Positions 35,901-46,920 of a stretch of DNA of 64,000 nucleotides are shown here, piece by piece (position 1 is the first letter of the stretch; each line of letters begins with the position of its first letter). Below the pieces are notes generated by a model. That model saw only the letters and a list, made by a program, of their open reading frames with translations, was not told the DNA's origin and made no database searches. The translations under genes were made by a program, and so were the position numbers. Origin of the DNA: Lytechinus pictus (taxonomy: Eukaryota). The DNA is taken from positions 11,348,001 to 11,412,000 of the forward strand of contig NC_087245.1 of the NCBI RefSeq assembly GCF_037042905.1, written 5' to 3'.

Positions 35901-38900
35901 ACTCTTTTCTATTAAACTGGAGATGAGCGGACCATGCCTTGTGTCTGCAAATTTAAACAAAATATCTCTTGTTGGACCTGACTTTGTAAGGAAGTATATG
36001 TATTCTTCCTCTACACAATTATATATTTGAAATGTAGCTTTGATGAATAAGAATGAACTATGCATTCGCACTTTATGGTCCTGTCATTTTTAAGTCATTC
36101 ATTAATTTGAGGAGAGAATTATGAAAAACCCGAGGGCATTAATTTGGTTACAGAACCATTTCCCATTTTGCAAGCAACATTAATCTTTCTATAATACGTG
36201 ATAGTCCATTACACAATTACTAATCTCGTAAAGTGGAAAAGCTGCCATTTTATTTTCCACGATCCTAACCTGTGATGAGAAAAGTTGTGACAAGTTGTTA
36301 CTGCAAGCAGACTGAAGTAATGTTCCTGTGATATAAGTATTCATATCCAAATATTGTTCTACTTGTCATATTGTTATCTGGATATTTCTTTGTTTAAATA
36401 GCACAAGTATTGCACACCCTTCATCGTCATGGATGGATGATTTCTTTGATTGGGTGAAACCCAGTGGTGAGCTAGCATGCTGTAGGGTCAATCAAACAGG
36501 AGACTTCTGTCCTGCAACTGGTAAGTTATTCTCTATCAACCCATTCATCCAAATATCTGAGATAACCCAAGGCCTGTCTTTAGAGAGTTGGGATAGTTTC
36601 AAAACAAACTCAATCTGAGATTGACGTCCAATTGTGCAATTAGGAAATATGGTGATCGTATAAGCATCCTAAATCTTCTAGCAATTCTCCTGATGATAAG
36701 CATGCATCTATGTCATGTGATGAAAGTATGCTACAAAGTTATTAGCTTGGTATTCCACAGAGTCATTTCACCTCAGCCATATACACTTTTCATGTATTGA
36801 CAGATACCACAGACAACTGTACCTCCTGTAGGCCGCTTTCAGAGAAAAACGCAAGACCTACCTCACAGCAGTTTGAAGAATTCCTGCCTTTCTTTTTAGA
36901 AGATATCCCTGGAGTTGCCTGTAGCAAAGGGTAAGTTTGTATGCATGTAGGTAGAAATAGTAGGAGTAGCAATAATAGTAAGAATAGCATGATATTTGCT
37001 TCACTATCTTCATGTATGTGTCTTATTTATGTTTTTTTCTGTATTTGTCTATTTGTTCACACATCTGTTTGTCATAACTTTGAATATATATGGATTTAGT
37101 TTGTGAAACTTGGACAAAAGAGTAATCAAGTATCAGTAAACATATGTCTTCCTATTCATCAAGCTGTCTAGCTTGTATATTAATTTATCAATACAGTATG
37201 TCATTAAAGAGCACTTTCATTTTTTTCATAGCTGTACTTAATTTTCGTTATAATCTTCCTGTGTTAGTTATAAATTATATCACTCTCCACGTGCAAACAC
37301 CTAACAGTCACATAGAAAATGAGAAGTTTTCAGAATTATCTTGAATGTCTGTGCTGGGAGTCATGAAAATAAAAACGAAATTCCATGTGATGGGACAGAC
37401 ATAATCATACATTTTATTCAACATTTCTTCAAGTGATGTAAAATATTTGAATATAATTGGAGACTGGTAATGGTAGGTTTGTTTGTTGCATTGGACACAC
37501 GATATTTAAAATGGTGTGTTGGGCCTAGATTAAATAGACTTCTATTCATTCCAATTTACATGTCCCTAATCTACAAGAAACTGGTATTTGTCTTTATTTT
37601 ATAAAAAATTAATTTATATTTTCAGAGGCAAGGCTGCTTATGCTTCAGCAGTGAACTTCACAGATTCAACTAAGAATGAAATCAGGGGTGAGTAAAAATA
37701 TGAAAGTATATACCTTATTGGGGTTAAATTCATCCAATATTTCATTGGGTTTTTTTTATACTTATTTCTATTTCTATGATTGCCTAGTCAGGTTACTGGT
37801 ATACGTAATTGTAGTAATAATGGTATTACAAATAGTGATAATAATGCAGTTTATGTAGTGCTTGTATATAATCCGCAGAGTGCTTGCTTAAAGTGCTATG
37901 TTTCATTATTGCCATGGCTGTAGTTGGCCACTATCGAGGTGCTCAAGTGCCTGGTACAACTTGGTCGAGTTCAGCACAACGTGGATGAATTAAATTAGGA
38001 ACAGCACCCAAAGGAAAGTGATTTTCATTAATACTTTAGTAGATTAATCTTTACTCCCTTTTTCAGGTTGTCTGTCCGTCCTGTTTTTGTACTCTTGATA
38101 CCTAAAGAACCTTTTGACGGATTAACTTCAAACATAATCCAAGTATGGATATGGGAGTGCTGATGATACAATTTGGGGTCATAGGGCCAAAAGTCAAAGG
38201 TCACAGTGGTACATTTGAACTATCTCATTGTATGTTGTCTTTATTTGTAGCTACTTACTTCATGACCTACCACACCACCATGAGGAATTCTTCCACCTAC
38301 ATAAATGCATTGAAGATGGCTAGAGAGGTATCATCCAACATTACAGCTATGATGAACATCACTGACAATCCAGAGTTTTATGTCTTCCCATACAGGTGAA
38401 TGTTTATTGAAATATATTTTGTCTCATTTGTGTAGCAAGAGCGAGATGGAGGCTTTTTTATGCATAGAATATGAACATGCAGAACTTTGGATGAACTGAA
38501 TATGCTAGCATATATTTTTTTTCTGTATTTGAAATGTAGGTTATAGTAACGATAAAATGTAATTCTTAAAAGTAACAATTGATTCAGCAGGATGTATGGA
38601 ATATACTCTCCAATTCAACATTCACCCAAGGGGTAGGGGAAGGTTTTATCATTAAAAAAATCACTGATGATGTCAGGGACCACTGAACTTTTAGGACTAC
38701 AATGGAATTTCATTTAACAGCACAGACTTAGTATTGGTATCAAACTAAGCCTCTGTAGTTGTGTACATTAGCCTTTCAAAGGTACTGTCATGCATACAGT
38801 GGTAGTATTTGATTTAAAAGCTACACTTACCAACCATGCAATAAAACAACCCCTATTCTTATTTTACTTTTAGTATCTTCTATGTGTACTATGAGCAGTA

Positions 38901-41010
38901 CCTGACCATTGTTCATGAGACCGAGGTATCTCTTGGTATCGTCATGGGAGCCGTGTTCTGTGTGACCTTTATTTTCTTGGCCTTTGACTTCTTTGGTGCA
39001 CTCATTAGTACCTTGACCATTGCAATGATTACTGTAGATATGATGGCTATGATGTATCTGTGGGGCATTAACCTCAATGCTATCTCGTTGGTCAACCTTA
39101 TCATGGTGAGTATTCTCATTACATTTATATCTTCCTCTTTTGGCCCCCCATAATTTTAGCACAGAGTTAGACCGAGGTCTAAGTTAAACCTGACTTCAGA
39201 ATGCAGGCCATAATGTTTTGTCAGTAAAATATTTCTGAAAATATATATGCACATGTTGTGTCTTATGATTATGTTTGCATACTTTTTATCTGAGGTATTT
39301 GTAATCAGTTTGAAGATTTGTTTTACCCCTTAGGTGTATATGTTTAAAATATGCATGGGAAAGGGGGAAGTGGGAGCTTTAATACCGTTGTGTATATGGT
39401 TAACAGGCATGAGCATTGTTGGATTCTATAAGCCTGAATTCAAATTATTCATGTAGCTACTTTAGCTCAAAAGCATAATAACATATCTGCCCATTGTCCA
39501 TATTTGATAGAGACAGTTCTATATTTTGGACTTGGTTTTTAAAAAAAGAGCAACCTCTGATCCTATTTTTTGTGAGAAATCTGTCTCTACTAATGTACTC
39601 TACAATGTCCCTATTTTCAGGCTCTTGTTTTTTCCATTTGTCCCACTTTCTTTGTTTTAGGGGTTATCAAATGTCTGAATTCCCCATATGTATATAATGA
39701 CATATTTTGTGTCTCATTTCAGTCTGTTGGTATATCTGTGGAGTTCTGTTCACATATCGTCAAGGCTTTCACTCTCAGTACTAAGATGACTAGGTTGGAG
39801 AGAGCAGAAGATGCCCTGTCTCATGTTGGGAGTTCAGTAAGTATCCAATCCATAATGAAACTGAAATGTTAAAAGACATGTCTGTTCATGATACTAAATG
39901 AAAAGGTTGTTGACTATTACTGTAACTTATTGGCTACAATCTTTCATATATCATTGCTTGGTATTTTATGGAATTAACCATTTCAATTGCAATTTACCCT
40001 TGTAAAATTTATGTCTTTAGTTTACTTTTGAAAGTGTTTTCCTCTTTGTATGGTTTAAGAATGTTTTCTGTTCCAAGACTGCCTTGTACCAGCATTCACT
40101 TTCTCATTACATCAGTATCTAATATTTCAGACAGACATGCCTGTAAGTTGACATATTTGTAGAAGTGACTTGTTTGCAAAGGAAACTAAAGAATACAAAA
40201 TAACATATATTTAATGTCACATTTTATTGCCCTTCTCAATTATTATCAATAGTTATTTGTTCCAATTCATTGAGAGTGAAAGAATAATGATTTACGTGTA
40301 AAATTCAATTTGTCCTTTTCTAAAGGGGGTCAAGATCTTTGTCACATTTCTGTATGTTTTGAATAATTTTATTTTATTCCCATTAGGTACTGAGTGGTAT
40401 CACATTGACAAAGGCTTTTGGTATCATCATCCTAGCATTCTCCCATTCTCAGCTCTTCAAAGTTTATTATTTTAGGATGTATCTTGGTATGGTTGTATTT
40501 GGAGCTACTCATGGACTCATCTTTCTACCAGTACTACTCAGTTATATAGGTAAGTCTGACCCATCTACATCTTTTCAAAAGTTCTTATAGGTGTTTCACA
40601 AAGAGTTAATCGTAATAGTCTTGCATATATGTACCTTTTGAAACTGTAACGCCCATGTACGCAATTCTGAAATTATGAAAGTGCATGTAGGACCCAAAGT
40701 TGCTCTAAAACATTATTTCGTGTACAAATCCAATGCAAATTCTGTTTCCATTTAAAACAATTAAAAAAGATTGACTTTTGAATTGAGCTTTAGATAAAAT
40801 GAAATTAACCTTAAAGCTCAGAATTGTTGTTTCATCTTTCCAACAGCAGTAGTTTCCCTATAATTGAGAGTAATTGTTGTTTCATGTTTAGGTCCTGGTG
40901 TAAACAAGGCCCGTATACTAGAAGAGCAGGAGCAGGGTACAAGAAACCGAGGAGCGGATAATGAACATCTCATCCCAGCAAGGGATTCTCAAGGATATTT
41001 CTATGCATGA
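7046..41010 (+). CDS. NPC1: NPC intracellular cholesterol transporter 1, 21 coding exons, 1324 aa
   Basis: join(7046..7111,21725..22864,23601..23813,25117..25352,25809..25909,26635..26798,27258..27386,31936..32118,32489..32603,33380..33507,33806..33943,34571..34660,35695..35885,36402..36520,36804..36930,37626..37687,38251..38395,38874..39105,39723..39836,40387..40549,40892..41010) = 3975 nt, with consistent phases. Contains a signal peptide, Cys-rich NTD ([19 protein letters not shown]), [10 protein letters not shown], the SSD motif [30 protein letters not shown] and a C-terminal DNEHLI motif. Confidence 0.96.
8210..11450. repeat. Repeat element containing a ~225-bp tandem array
   Basis: AAATCCATGTCATTTT recurs at ~8688, 8911, 9135, 9365, 9595 and 9819 (spacing 223-230 bp), with degenerate copies near 8229 and 11325; the region starts after TTAA with GGACGTTCCACAG. 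Confidence 0.8.
9853..10920. mobile_element. Tc1/mariner-like non-autonomous element
   Basis: 30-bp TIR CAGCGCGTCCCCAAAAAAATGTCCCTCTGA and its reverse complement; TA at 9851-9852 and 10921-10922; inserted in the last unit of the 225-bp array; no transposase ORF. Confidence 0.88.
11465..11582. mobile_element. Truncated MITE fragment (GGGTGTTTCATAAAGCTGTTCGTAAG family)
   Basis: Similar to 52617-52780. Confidence 0.5.
14357..14740. repeat. Degenerate tandem repeat, 3 copies, ~140-165 bp
   Basis: TGCATTTTAA...AAAAG(CA)AATCCAGT...GAAAC recurs at ~14357, 14521 and 14661. Confidence 0.75.
16045..16338 (-). mobile_element. tRNA-derived SINE
   Basis: Minus-strand head with A box TGGTGTAGCGG and B box GTTCGAATCC; body shared with other SINE copies in the window; (ATT)n tail. 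Confidence 0.88.
16181..16695. repeat. 257-bp near-perfect tandem duplication including the SINE head
   Basis: 16181-16437 vs 16438-16694 differ at about 3 positions. Confidence 0.92.
17460..17665. repeat. ~105-bp direct duplication with a partial inverted copy near 17975-18005
   Basis: TTCCATAT..CCCTCCACTAAAA...TCAAGAATTATCTA.CATATATCTAAGAGA.TTAGGAAGGAAAAG occurs twice. Confidence 0.75.
18323..18905. mobile_element. Kolobok-like palindromic MITE
   Basis: TTAA at 18319-18322 and 18906-18909; termini AGGAGAATGAAAC / GTTTCATTCTCCT; ~200-bp imperfect inverted arms. Confidence 0.88.
18990..19191. mobile_element. Short MITE of the CAGGGGCGGATCCAG family
   Basis: AGGCTGATCCAGGGGG ... CTGAATCTGCCCCTG; related ends near 3843, 45926, 46637 and 52985. 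Confidence 0.5.
21725..22864 (+). CDS. NPC1: NPC1 exon 2 (1140 nt; NTD, Pro-rich linker, TM1-2)
   Basis: CAG| acceptor, AAG|GTGAGT donor; [18 protein letters not shown]...IVRLK. Confidence 0.97.
23601..23813 (+). CDS. NPC1: NPC1 exon 3
   Basis: [35 protein letters not shown]...LLHQ; canonical sites. Confidence 0.96.
23895..24022. repeat. (GAT/GAC)n microsatellite
   Basis: About 40 trinucleotide units seen directly. Confidence 0.95.
24288..24653. mobile_element. hAT-like MITE
   Basis: TIR CAGTGTTTCCA / TGGAAACACTG; 8-bp flanks CTTTACAG / CTGTACAG (7/8). Confidence 0.7.
25117..25352 (+). CDS. NPC1: NPC1 exon 4
   Basis: ALDLQTDVV...[10 protein letters not shown]...SVLNYFQNS...[11 protein letters not shown]. 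Confidence 0.96.
25809..25909 (+). CDS. NPC1: NPC1 exon 5
   Basis: APASLNDT...[20 protein letters not shown]. Confidence 0.96.
26635..26798 (+). CDS. NPC1: NPC1 exon 6
   Basis: [10 protein letters not shown]...[10 protein letters not shown]...VAFQAE. Confidence 0.96.
27258..27386 (+). CDS. NPC1: NPC1 exon 7
   Basis: [34 protein letters not shown]; donor GTTCGT. Confidence 0.95.
29572..29802. mobile_element. Short Tc1-like MITE remnant
   Basis: TGGTGCTAAAAAGTTAGTGACCCC vs GGGGTTCACTAGGTTTTTAGCACCA, inverted. Confidence 0.6.
29933..30086. mobile_element. Harbinger-like MITE
   Basis: GCAGTCACATTTCCCC..TACGGC / GCCGTAGGGGAAATGTGACTGC inverted ends. Confidence 0.65.
31423..31720 (+). mobile_element. 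tRNA-derived SINE
   Basis: TAGCTCAGTGG A box, GGTCCAAATCCC degenerate B box, CACCCAGGTG..AATGGGTACCCGG body, (TAT)n tail. Confidence 0.82.
31936..32118 (+). CDS. NPC1: NPC1 exon 8 (sterol-sensing domain)
   Basis: [12 protein letters not shown]...[24 protein letters not shown]. Confidence 0.97.
32489..32603 (+). CDS. NPC1: NPC1 exon 9
   Basis: RDQRFPHE...[25 protein letters not shown]. Confidence 0.96.
32611..32889 (-). mobile_element. tRNA-derived SINE
   Basis: Minus-strand B box GGTTCGAATCCC, shared body, (ATT)n tail next to the exon 9 donor. Confidence 0.82.
33380..33507 (+). CDS. NPC1: NPC1 exon 10
   Basis: [16 protein letters not shown]...[21 protein letters not shown]. Confidence 0.96.
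33806..33943 (+). CDS. NPC1: NPC1 exon 11
   Basis: ANRYEIFCC...[17 protein letters not shown]. Confidence 0.95.
34571..34660 (+). CDS. NPC1: NPC1 exon 12
   Basis: [30 protein letters not shown]. Confidence 0.95.
35695..35885 (+). CDS. NPC1: NPC1 exon 13
   Basis: DSYMVNYF...VGPPVYFVV...[15 protein letters not shown]. Confidence 0.96.
36402..36520 (+). CDS. NPC1: NPC1 exon 14
   Basis: [20 protein letters not shown]...CCR...FCPAT. Confidence 0.96.
36804..36930 (+). CDS. NPC1: NPC1 exon 15
   Basis: CTSCRPL...[26 protein letters not shown]. Confidence 0.95.
37626..37687 (+). CDS. NPC1: NPC1 exon 16 (62 nt)
   Basis: [20 protein letters not shown]; phases 2/1 fit the neighbouring exons. Confidence 0.92.
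38251..38395 (+). CDS. NPC1: NPC1 exon 17
   Basis: ATYFMTYHT...[16 protein letters not shown]...VFPY. Confidence 0.96.
38874..39105 (+). CDS. NPC1: NPC1 exon 18
   Basis: [12 protein letters not shown]...[15 protein letters not shown]. Confidence 0.96.
39723..39836 (+). CDS. NPC1: NPC1 exon 19
   Basis: [16 protein letters not shown]...[12 protein letters not shown]. Confidence 0.96.
40387..40549 (+). CDS. NPC1: NPC1 exon 20
   Basis: [33 protein letters not shown]...[14 protein letters not shown]. Confidence 0.96.
40892..41010 (+). CDS. NPC1: NPC1 exon 21 (last coding exon; stop TGA 41008-41010)
   Basis: [39 protein letters not shown]. Confidence 0.92.
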
Positions 41011-42974
41011 GGACATCACATACTGCCTTTTTGATATTGTTTTAATGATCTAAGAAAACTATTTAATTCGATTATGAGTTAATATATTGAGTGTGTGCAT
41101 GTGCTCCAATGATGAAATGACCAACATCTGGAAATGCATCAGTGAGTTTTTACCTGCCACATGTATTTTTTTATACCCTTCTTTTCCAAGAACTATCATT
41201 GAAATCTTGTTTTTTCAGGGGTAATTTGCTGCTTATTTGTGTCATTTGTGGGGATAGTTTGTATATGGTTATGTCGGTATCAGGATTTGGTTGATACTGT
41301 TTCCATCTGATTCACAGTTGTTTTTTTGTTTAACTAATCTATATTTTTATTGATTATAATCACTATCTGGTTGCGCTAAACAGTTTTATATCTTTTTATA
41401 TCATCTAGATATAGTGATTATTGTGGAATGAAGAATGATACATAAACAGCTTTCTCTGAGAATACCGATATTTCTTATGTTGTGTAATGTGTGGTTGTGT
41501 ATCAGTTGTAAAACTGATTTGGAATCAGAAAGGGTATTGACTGTATGAATGTTTATCTTTCTAGCACTTTTTGCATATATTGATTTATGTATCAGCATAT
41601 GTAAAATGAGTTAAATTAATGAATACATGGAATATTATAGTTATAAAAACATTCTTGTATGTGTATTGTAGTTAAGTCAAGATTTGTTTATGTATATTTA
41701 TATGTTCATGACTTGGCGATATTAGGTGAATTAAGTTGATGAATATTGCATTATTTCTTAGCATTTCTGATAAAAGCATTTGAAGAATTGACAGCATAAA
41801 GTCCGTGTCTTTGGTCCTTTGGAAATGGGGACTTTTTGATTGAATATCTCTTTCTAGTTTGCATCATTTTTCTTCAAATATAGTTTTCTGGTCAGTAATC
41901 TATGGTCAATCAGTGGTCAATGATAGTTTTAATGTAATTCCAGAATCAAATTATCTGACAACTGATTGATTTTATTTTTTGTCAGTTTTGAATTCAAAAG
42001 AGGGTTTTGTTTGGATGCAACTTATATTTAGATATTCTCTGATATACAATCATAATGGCATATGGTTCAGGTATGGTTTCATAAGTTATTATCATGTCTT
42101 TTTAGTTTTGTACATTCTTTTCTAACTGAAAACAGCATACACAGGTTTCATTCTTACCAAACATTTTTTTACAAAGTATAATAATAATAATGATACAAAG
42201 TATAATGATAAGGCTTTTGTCTCTGTAGTTTAGTGTTATTTGCTTTACGTTACATTATATTTATCCAGTATTAAGTAAAGAAAGATAAGTCTTTGACTGT
42301 TGCACCAATTGACTAAGAGTCAAAGTAATTTCCTTTACTGAAGTGATTTAATACATCATGAAATGTCATCATACTGTAGTGTCCATGAATTATTTAATTT
42401 TCAGTTCCAATGTTGATAGTTATCTCCCTATCTTTCTTACCCCCTCTATCTTTGAATCACTCCCTTCTATCTTTTCCTTCTTCCTGTTTGTGCATTTGTG
42501 TGTGGGTGAGGGGGTGTGTGTATGTGTGTTTTCTCTATATATATATATCTCTCTCTCTCCCTTTTTTTTTTTTTAAATTAATATTTTAAATACGTGTTAT
42601 CATCAATGTGTCATTATATATATATGTCATATTATTTCTCATGTTACTTTGACTGGACCTCTAGGAAGAACAGAGCCATTATATCAATGGCTCTGAATAG
42701 AGTGATCCATCCGTATATTTTATGTGCATGTTTATATATTCATATTTAATATAATATCTTGTGAAATGTATTTTATTGTGATTTTTATACGGTAAATAAA
42801 ACCAAACCAAACCTCTCTTTTCCTGTAATCATGGTGTTACCAAGTTGGACAGAATATTATTTCCAACATGTGATCCCATGTTTATCCGTTGCTATAGGAT
42901 TCAAGTAATGCAAACAATGGATAAATTGAATGTGTTTTTCTGCAGTATAGAGAGAAGCAGGCACTGTTACTATA

Positions 42975-43133
42975 CAGGGGTGTGAGAGTTCAGATTTTTT
43001 TTTTCCAGCTTAATTTCAGCTTATTTTTGGCCTTCCTCTGTACAAAAAGTATGGGAGCTCTTTCTATTTCAGACTTTTTCAACACTCCTCAGCTTTTTTC
43101 AGATCTTTTTATTTGTGACCACTCACACCCCTG
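42975..43133. mobile_element. Short MITE with CAG termini
   Basis: CAGGGGTGTGAG / CTCACACCCCTG inverted ends; no clear TSD. Confidence 0.6.
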
Positions 43134-44509
43134 CTATATGTAATATGGTATTCTAGGATAATATTCACTTTGTAGTAACTTACTGTAGTCTGTCGTACAC
43201 ACCATTTACAATTTAAATATGTAGGATAGGCATAAAGGGCATATTTATGATACACTATGTTTTTTATATCTTGTGAAGTAGTGAGGTTAAGAAAGTGAAT
43301 GATTTGACATTCAAATATATATCATGACCTTATTAGAATCACAATGTATCTCTAAGTTTTAAGGCATTTTGCTTGCTAAAATTACCAGATGTTGTTCATA
43401 ATATTTTGTTATTAAACTGACGATGAGGTAGAGACCTTTCTCTTTATTTCATTTTAGATTGAATAAATTTTACAATCCTATTTTATCTAATGCCATATTA
43501 CTTCATGATATTATCAAGTTAATATTTAAATGCCTTAATTAAACACGTTTATGAAGTATTGTGTCATTGTCATTAGGTATCTTGTTCTGTATCTCTGCAG
43601 ACATACATTTACACTATGGCTAGAATTATGATCATTTTGATCAACCGTGATATGTATTTATTTGTTTTTCAACAGTTGTAATGAACAAAAGTATATGAGA
43701 TATAGAAGCAAGACGTTGAATTTAAAAGATGCATATAATTTTTATATACTAAGAAAATGTAGTGAAGAGAGATTGTGCCATACATGATACCATTATTGTA
43801 TGTGTACTTTAAATGAATTTATTTACTTCGAAGAATTGACATTATTCTAGATATTTGATAGGAAATGGAGTTGTCATGTATATGCATGATGTAGGTATTT
43901 TCAGGCCATGCTTTGGGATCATTCTGTAAGAGTGCATAGTGATGTTGAATCCTTGCCATTTACAAAAAAACTACATTACCTTTGGTAGTGACAATGGGCA
44001 CCATTTTATTGTATTATCTGTATTTCTTATGCATGTGGGATGGTGCTGTGATGGCCATTCCATGGGTTTGGATAGGATATGTATTGGTAAATAGCAGGTT
44101 GAGCACTGAGCAGGTGGCTGTTTCAGGTGCTGTTCATGAAGTTCAACGCTGCTTTATGAATGACCAGAATATGGTCAAGTGGTCATGATTCTTTTGTTTT
44201 TTAATATGTTGATGATTTACTCATGTATATTTTAAAAATGAGAAAAAAATTCCAACATGTGCACTTCTGACATTTTACAAACGGCTGCACTACATGCTTG
44301 CAGATTCAAATGAGCTCATTCAGTGATATTTTGTCAAATGGCAGCATACTTATATCATTCAGTCTTCATTTCAATACACATAAGTTATTCTGTTGGAATC
44401 AGAATTGATATGAAAACATCAACATTTATGATTATTGTCTCACTCATTTGATTCAAAGGCTTTTTGACTTATCAAGATGATTTTGACTCCCTGCTCAGCT
44501 TGTTATTGC

Positions 44510-44785
44510 TGTGGGCACGTCGTCTGATTTTTCTGACGGTTCTGACTCTTGCCTTGCAAACAGAGGGTCGTGGGCTCAAATCCTAGCCATGGCGAGTTTT
44601 CCTTCAGCAAGAATAGTATCCACATTGTGTTGCACTCTACCCAGGTGAGGTGAAAGGGTACCCGACATGATTAAATCCTGAGTGCCGGTGATGGTAGCTC
44701 GAGCTGAAAACGGGGTAATGATAGCAACACTTTGTATCCTCAGGCAAAAAGCGCTTTATGAATCCAGCTATTATTATTATTATTA
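44510..44785 (+). mobile_element. Degenerate tRNA-derived SINE
   Basis: GGTTCTGACTCTTGCCTTGCAAACAGAGGGTCG head similar to the 16.3-kb copy; CCCAGGTG body; (TAT)n tail. Confidence 0.78.
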
Positions 44786-45447
44786 CAGTTTCCACTCAAG
44801 CTTGCCAAGGTTGAATTCAGGTTACATGAATAGTTGGGCATTGCAAGAAACTTGCAACCAATTGCAGAACAAGCGTAATCGACCATGCAATAAAGTCAAG
44901 TTGCAAATGAACACAAATCAATGTCAAATTGGTTTTAATCAAGGACTTACTCTTGATTGGAATTAAACATAAGTGTCCAGTATTTCTTTTAAGAAACATT
45001 AGATAATGGAAGAGGCAGTCTTTTCAATACATTTGATGTAGCTAATGATGCAAAATTGACTTACCATACATGTATTTAGGACCTGGGCCATATTCTTATA
45101 ATCATGTAACAGTATCCTGTTGTCGAATTGGTTTTGGTAAAAGCAGAAACACTGGAAAAAAAATCAGCAAAATCAGATTGGATTAAAACAATCATCAAAG
45201 AGTAATAGAGTTATGAACATTGAAAGTTTTTAATCTTAGTGACTTAGTATTTATTACAAATTCTTTTTACGAGTTTGGTCATTTATATCCCCCCAAAATA
45301 AGAATATGTGCCAACAGATCAGTACAAGATTTTACATATTTCTTGAATGTAAATGCATTTTCATATGTTGATTGTCGTTGTATAGAATTGAGACATTTCT
45401 GAAATCAAATTGAGCCTGTACTTGCATCATGCTTTTGATTTCTAAGA

Positions 45448-45453
45448 AATAAA
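45448..45453 (+). terminator. Candidate polyadenylation signal for NPC1 (alternatives 42795, 43462)
   Basis: AATAAA followed by a T/GT-rich stretch; not verifiable without transcript data. Confidence 0.3.
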
Positions 45454-45780
45454 AATTTGCTATGATGTATATTTGTTGGATCTTTTTTACTTTTGTCACA
45501 TATTCATTTTTAAATAATTCACTTCATGATTGCAATTTTGTTAATATAGTCTGCATTGTAGTCCAAAACAACTACATGAGTGCGTTTATAGGCCACTTTT
45601 ATACCCTAGAATCATGATCTGAATCATGATTCAAATCATGAATCTGCAGAATCACGATTTCGTTTAGTCAAATTTGAAAATAAACGTCTTTCAAATCACA
45701 AACATGAAACACAGAAAAAGGAGTGTTTGGAAAGACATTTCTGTAGAATCACGAATGAAAAGGTCGTTTAAACGGGGACA

Positions 45781-45843
45781 TCCCGATAGTCCGCGGGTCC
45801 GATAGTCTGCGGGTCCGTTAGTCCGCGGGTCCGATAGTCCGCA
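45781..45843. repeat. 15-bp tandem repeat (CCGATAGTCCGCGGGT-like, ~4 copies)
   Basis: Seen directly. Confidence 0.85.
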
Positions 45844-46094
45844 GTGTGTGTAAAATTATGATCAGATGTATCAAATGTCATCGAGAGGTCCAAAGGTCAA
45901 ATGATACGAGACCATGGGGTTCTATCAGGTGCGGATCCATGGGGGGCCGAGGGGGCCTCGCCTCACCCCCCCCCCCCCCCCCCCACTCCCAGCTCAGAAA
46001 GAGAGAAGGAAAGAGAAAGGAAGGGGAATGAGGAAAAGAGAAAGAAAGAAAAGGAGATGGGAAAAGAAAGAGGGAGGTGTTGACCCGGACGTCG

Positions 46095-46240
46095 TTTTGA
46101 TGTTCGAACTAGGCGGCGCCGAATTGATGTTTGAACTGGGAGGGGGCGCCAAATTGATGTTCGAACTACGGGAGCGCCGAATTGATGTTCAATCTAGCGG
46201 GGCACCAAATTGATGTTCGAACTAGGGGAGCGCTAATTTG
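46095..46240. repeat. ~29-bp minisatellite (AATTGATGTTCGAACTAGGCGGCGCC-like, ~5 copies)
   Basis: Seen directly; explains the repeated LMFELGG in ORF 45914..46213. Confidence 0.85.
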
Positions 46241-46920
46241 AATTTTGACCATAATGCGACATATACATGTTTCAGAGGGGGGGGGGGGGCAAAATTATAT
46301 TTCACATGGGGGCGTTCAACCGAGGGCGCCAAATTGACCTTGAACTTTGAACATTGCTCGTATTGCCTGTTTATAGTGAAATATATGTCCTGCCCAAAAA
46401 GCTTAAATTAATGCGGCTGAATTAAAATATCCCGTTTTTACGATAATAAACAAAAACAATGTTCTCGAGTTTTAAGTCTGTTTAGCGAAATAGATATCCT
46501 GTTTAGGGTCACAAATAGGGGGTTAATATCAAATTCAGCTCGAGCTACGCGCTCGCAATATTTGATTAATGAGGTGTGTATCCTCTGCATCGATCCCACG
46601 TACATAAGTGTTAGTGTTTTTCAAGTTAACATACATAGGCCGATCCAGGAGGGAAATATTTTGCCCCCCCCCCATGGTGGCGCAAAAAAGGGTAAGAAAT
46701 AGAAAGAAAAAAAGGACAAGCAATTAGAATAGGAATTATACCTTAAAAGAGTCCTTCTTAAGTCAGTATATAAAAAATTTGAGCTCGCGCTTCGCGCTCA
46801 CATCAATAAATTGTTTAGTTTTATACGCATCCCGACCTCACAGTTTTTTTTATGCGAACGAGAAGCACAAGCTGAAAATATTTGATATTCTAATATTATA
46901 TATTAATTCTATAACAAACT

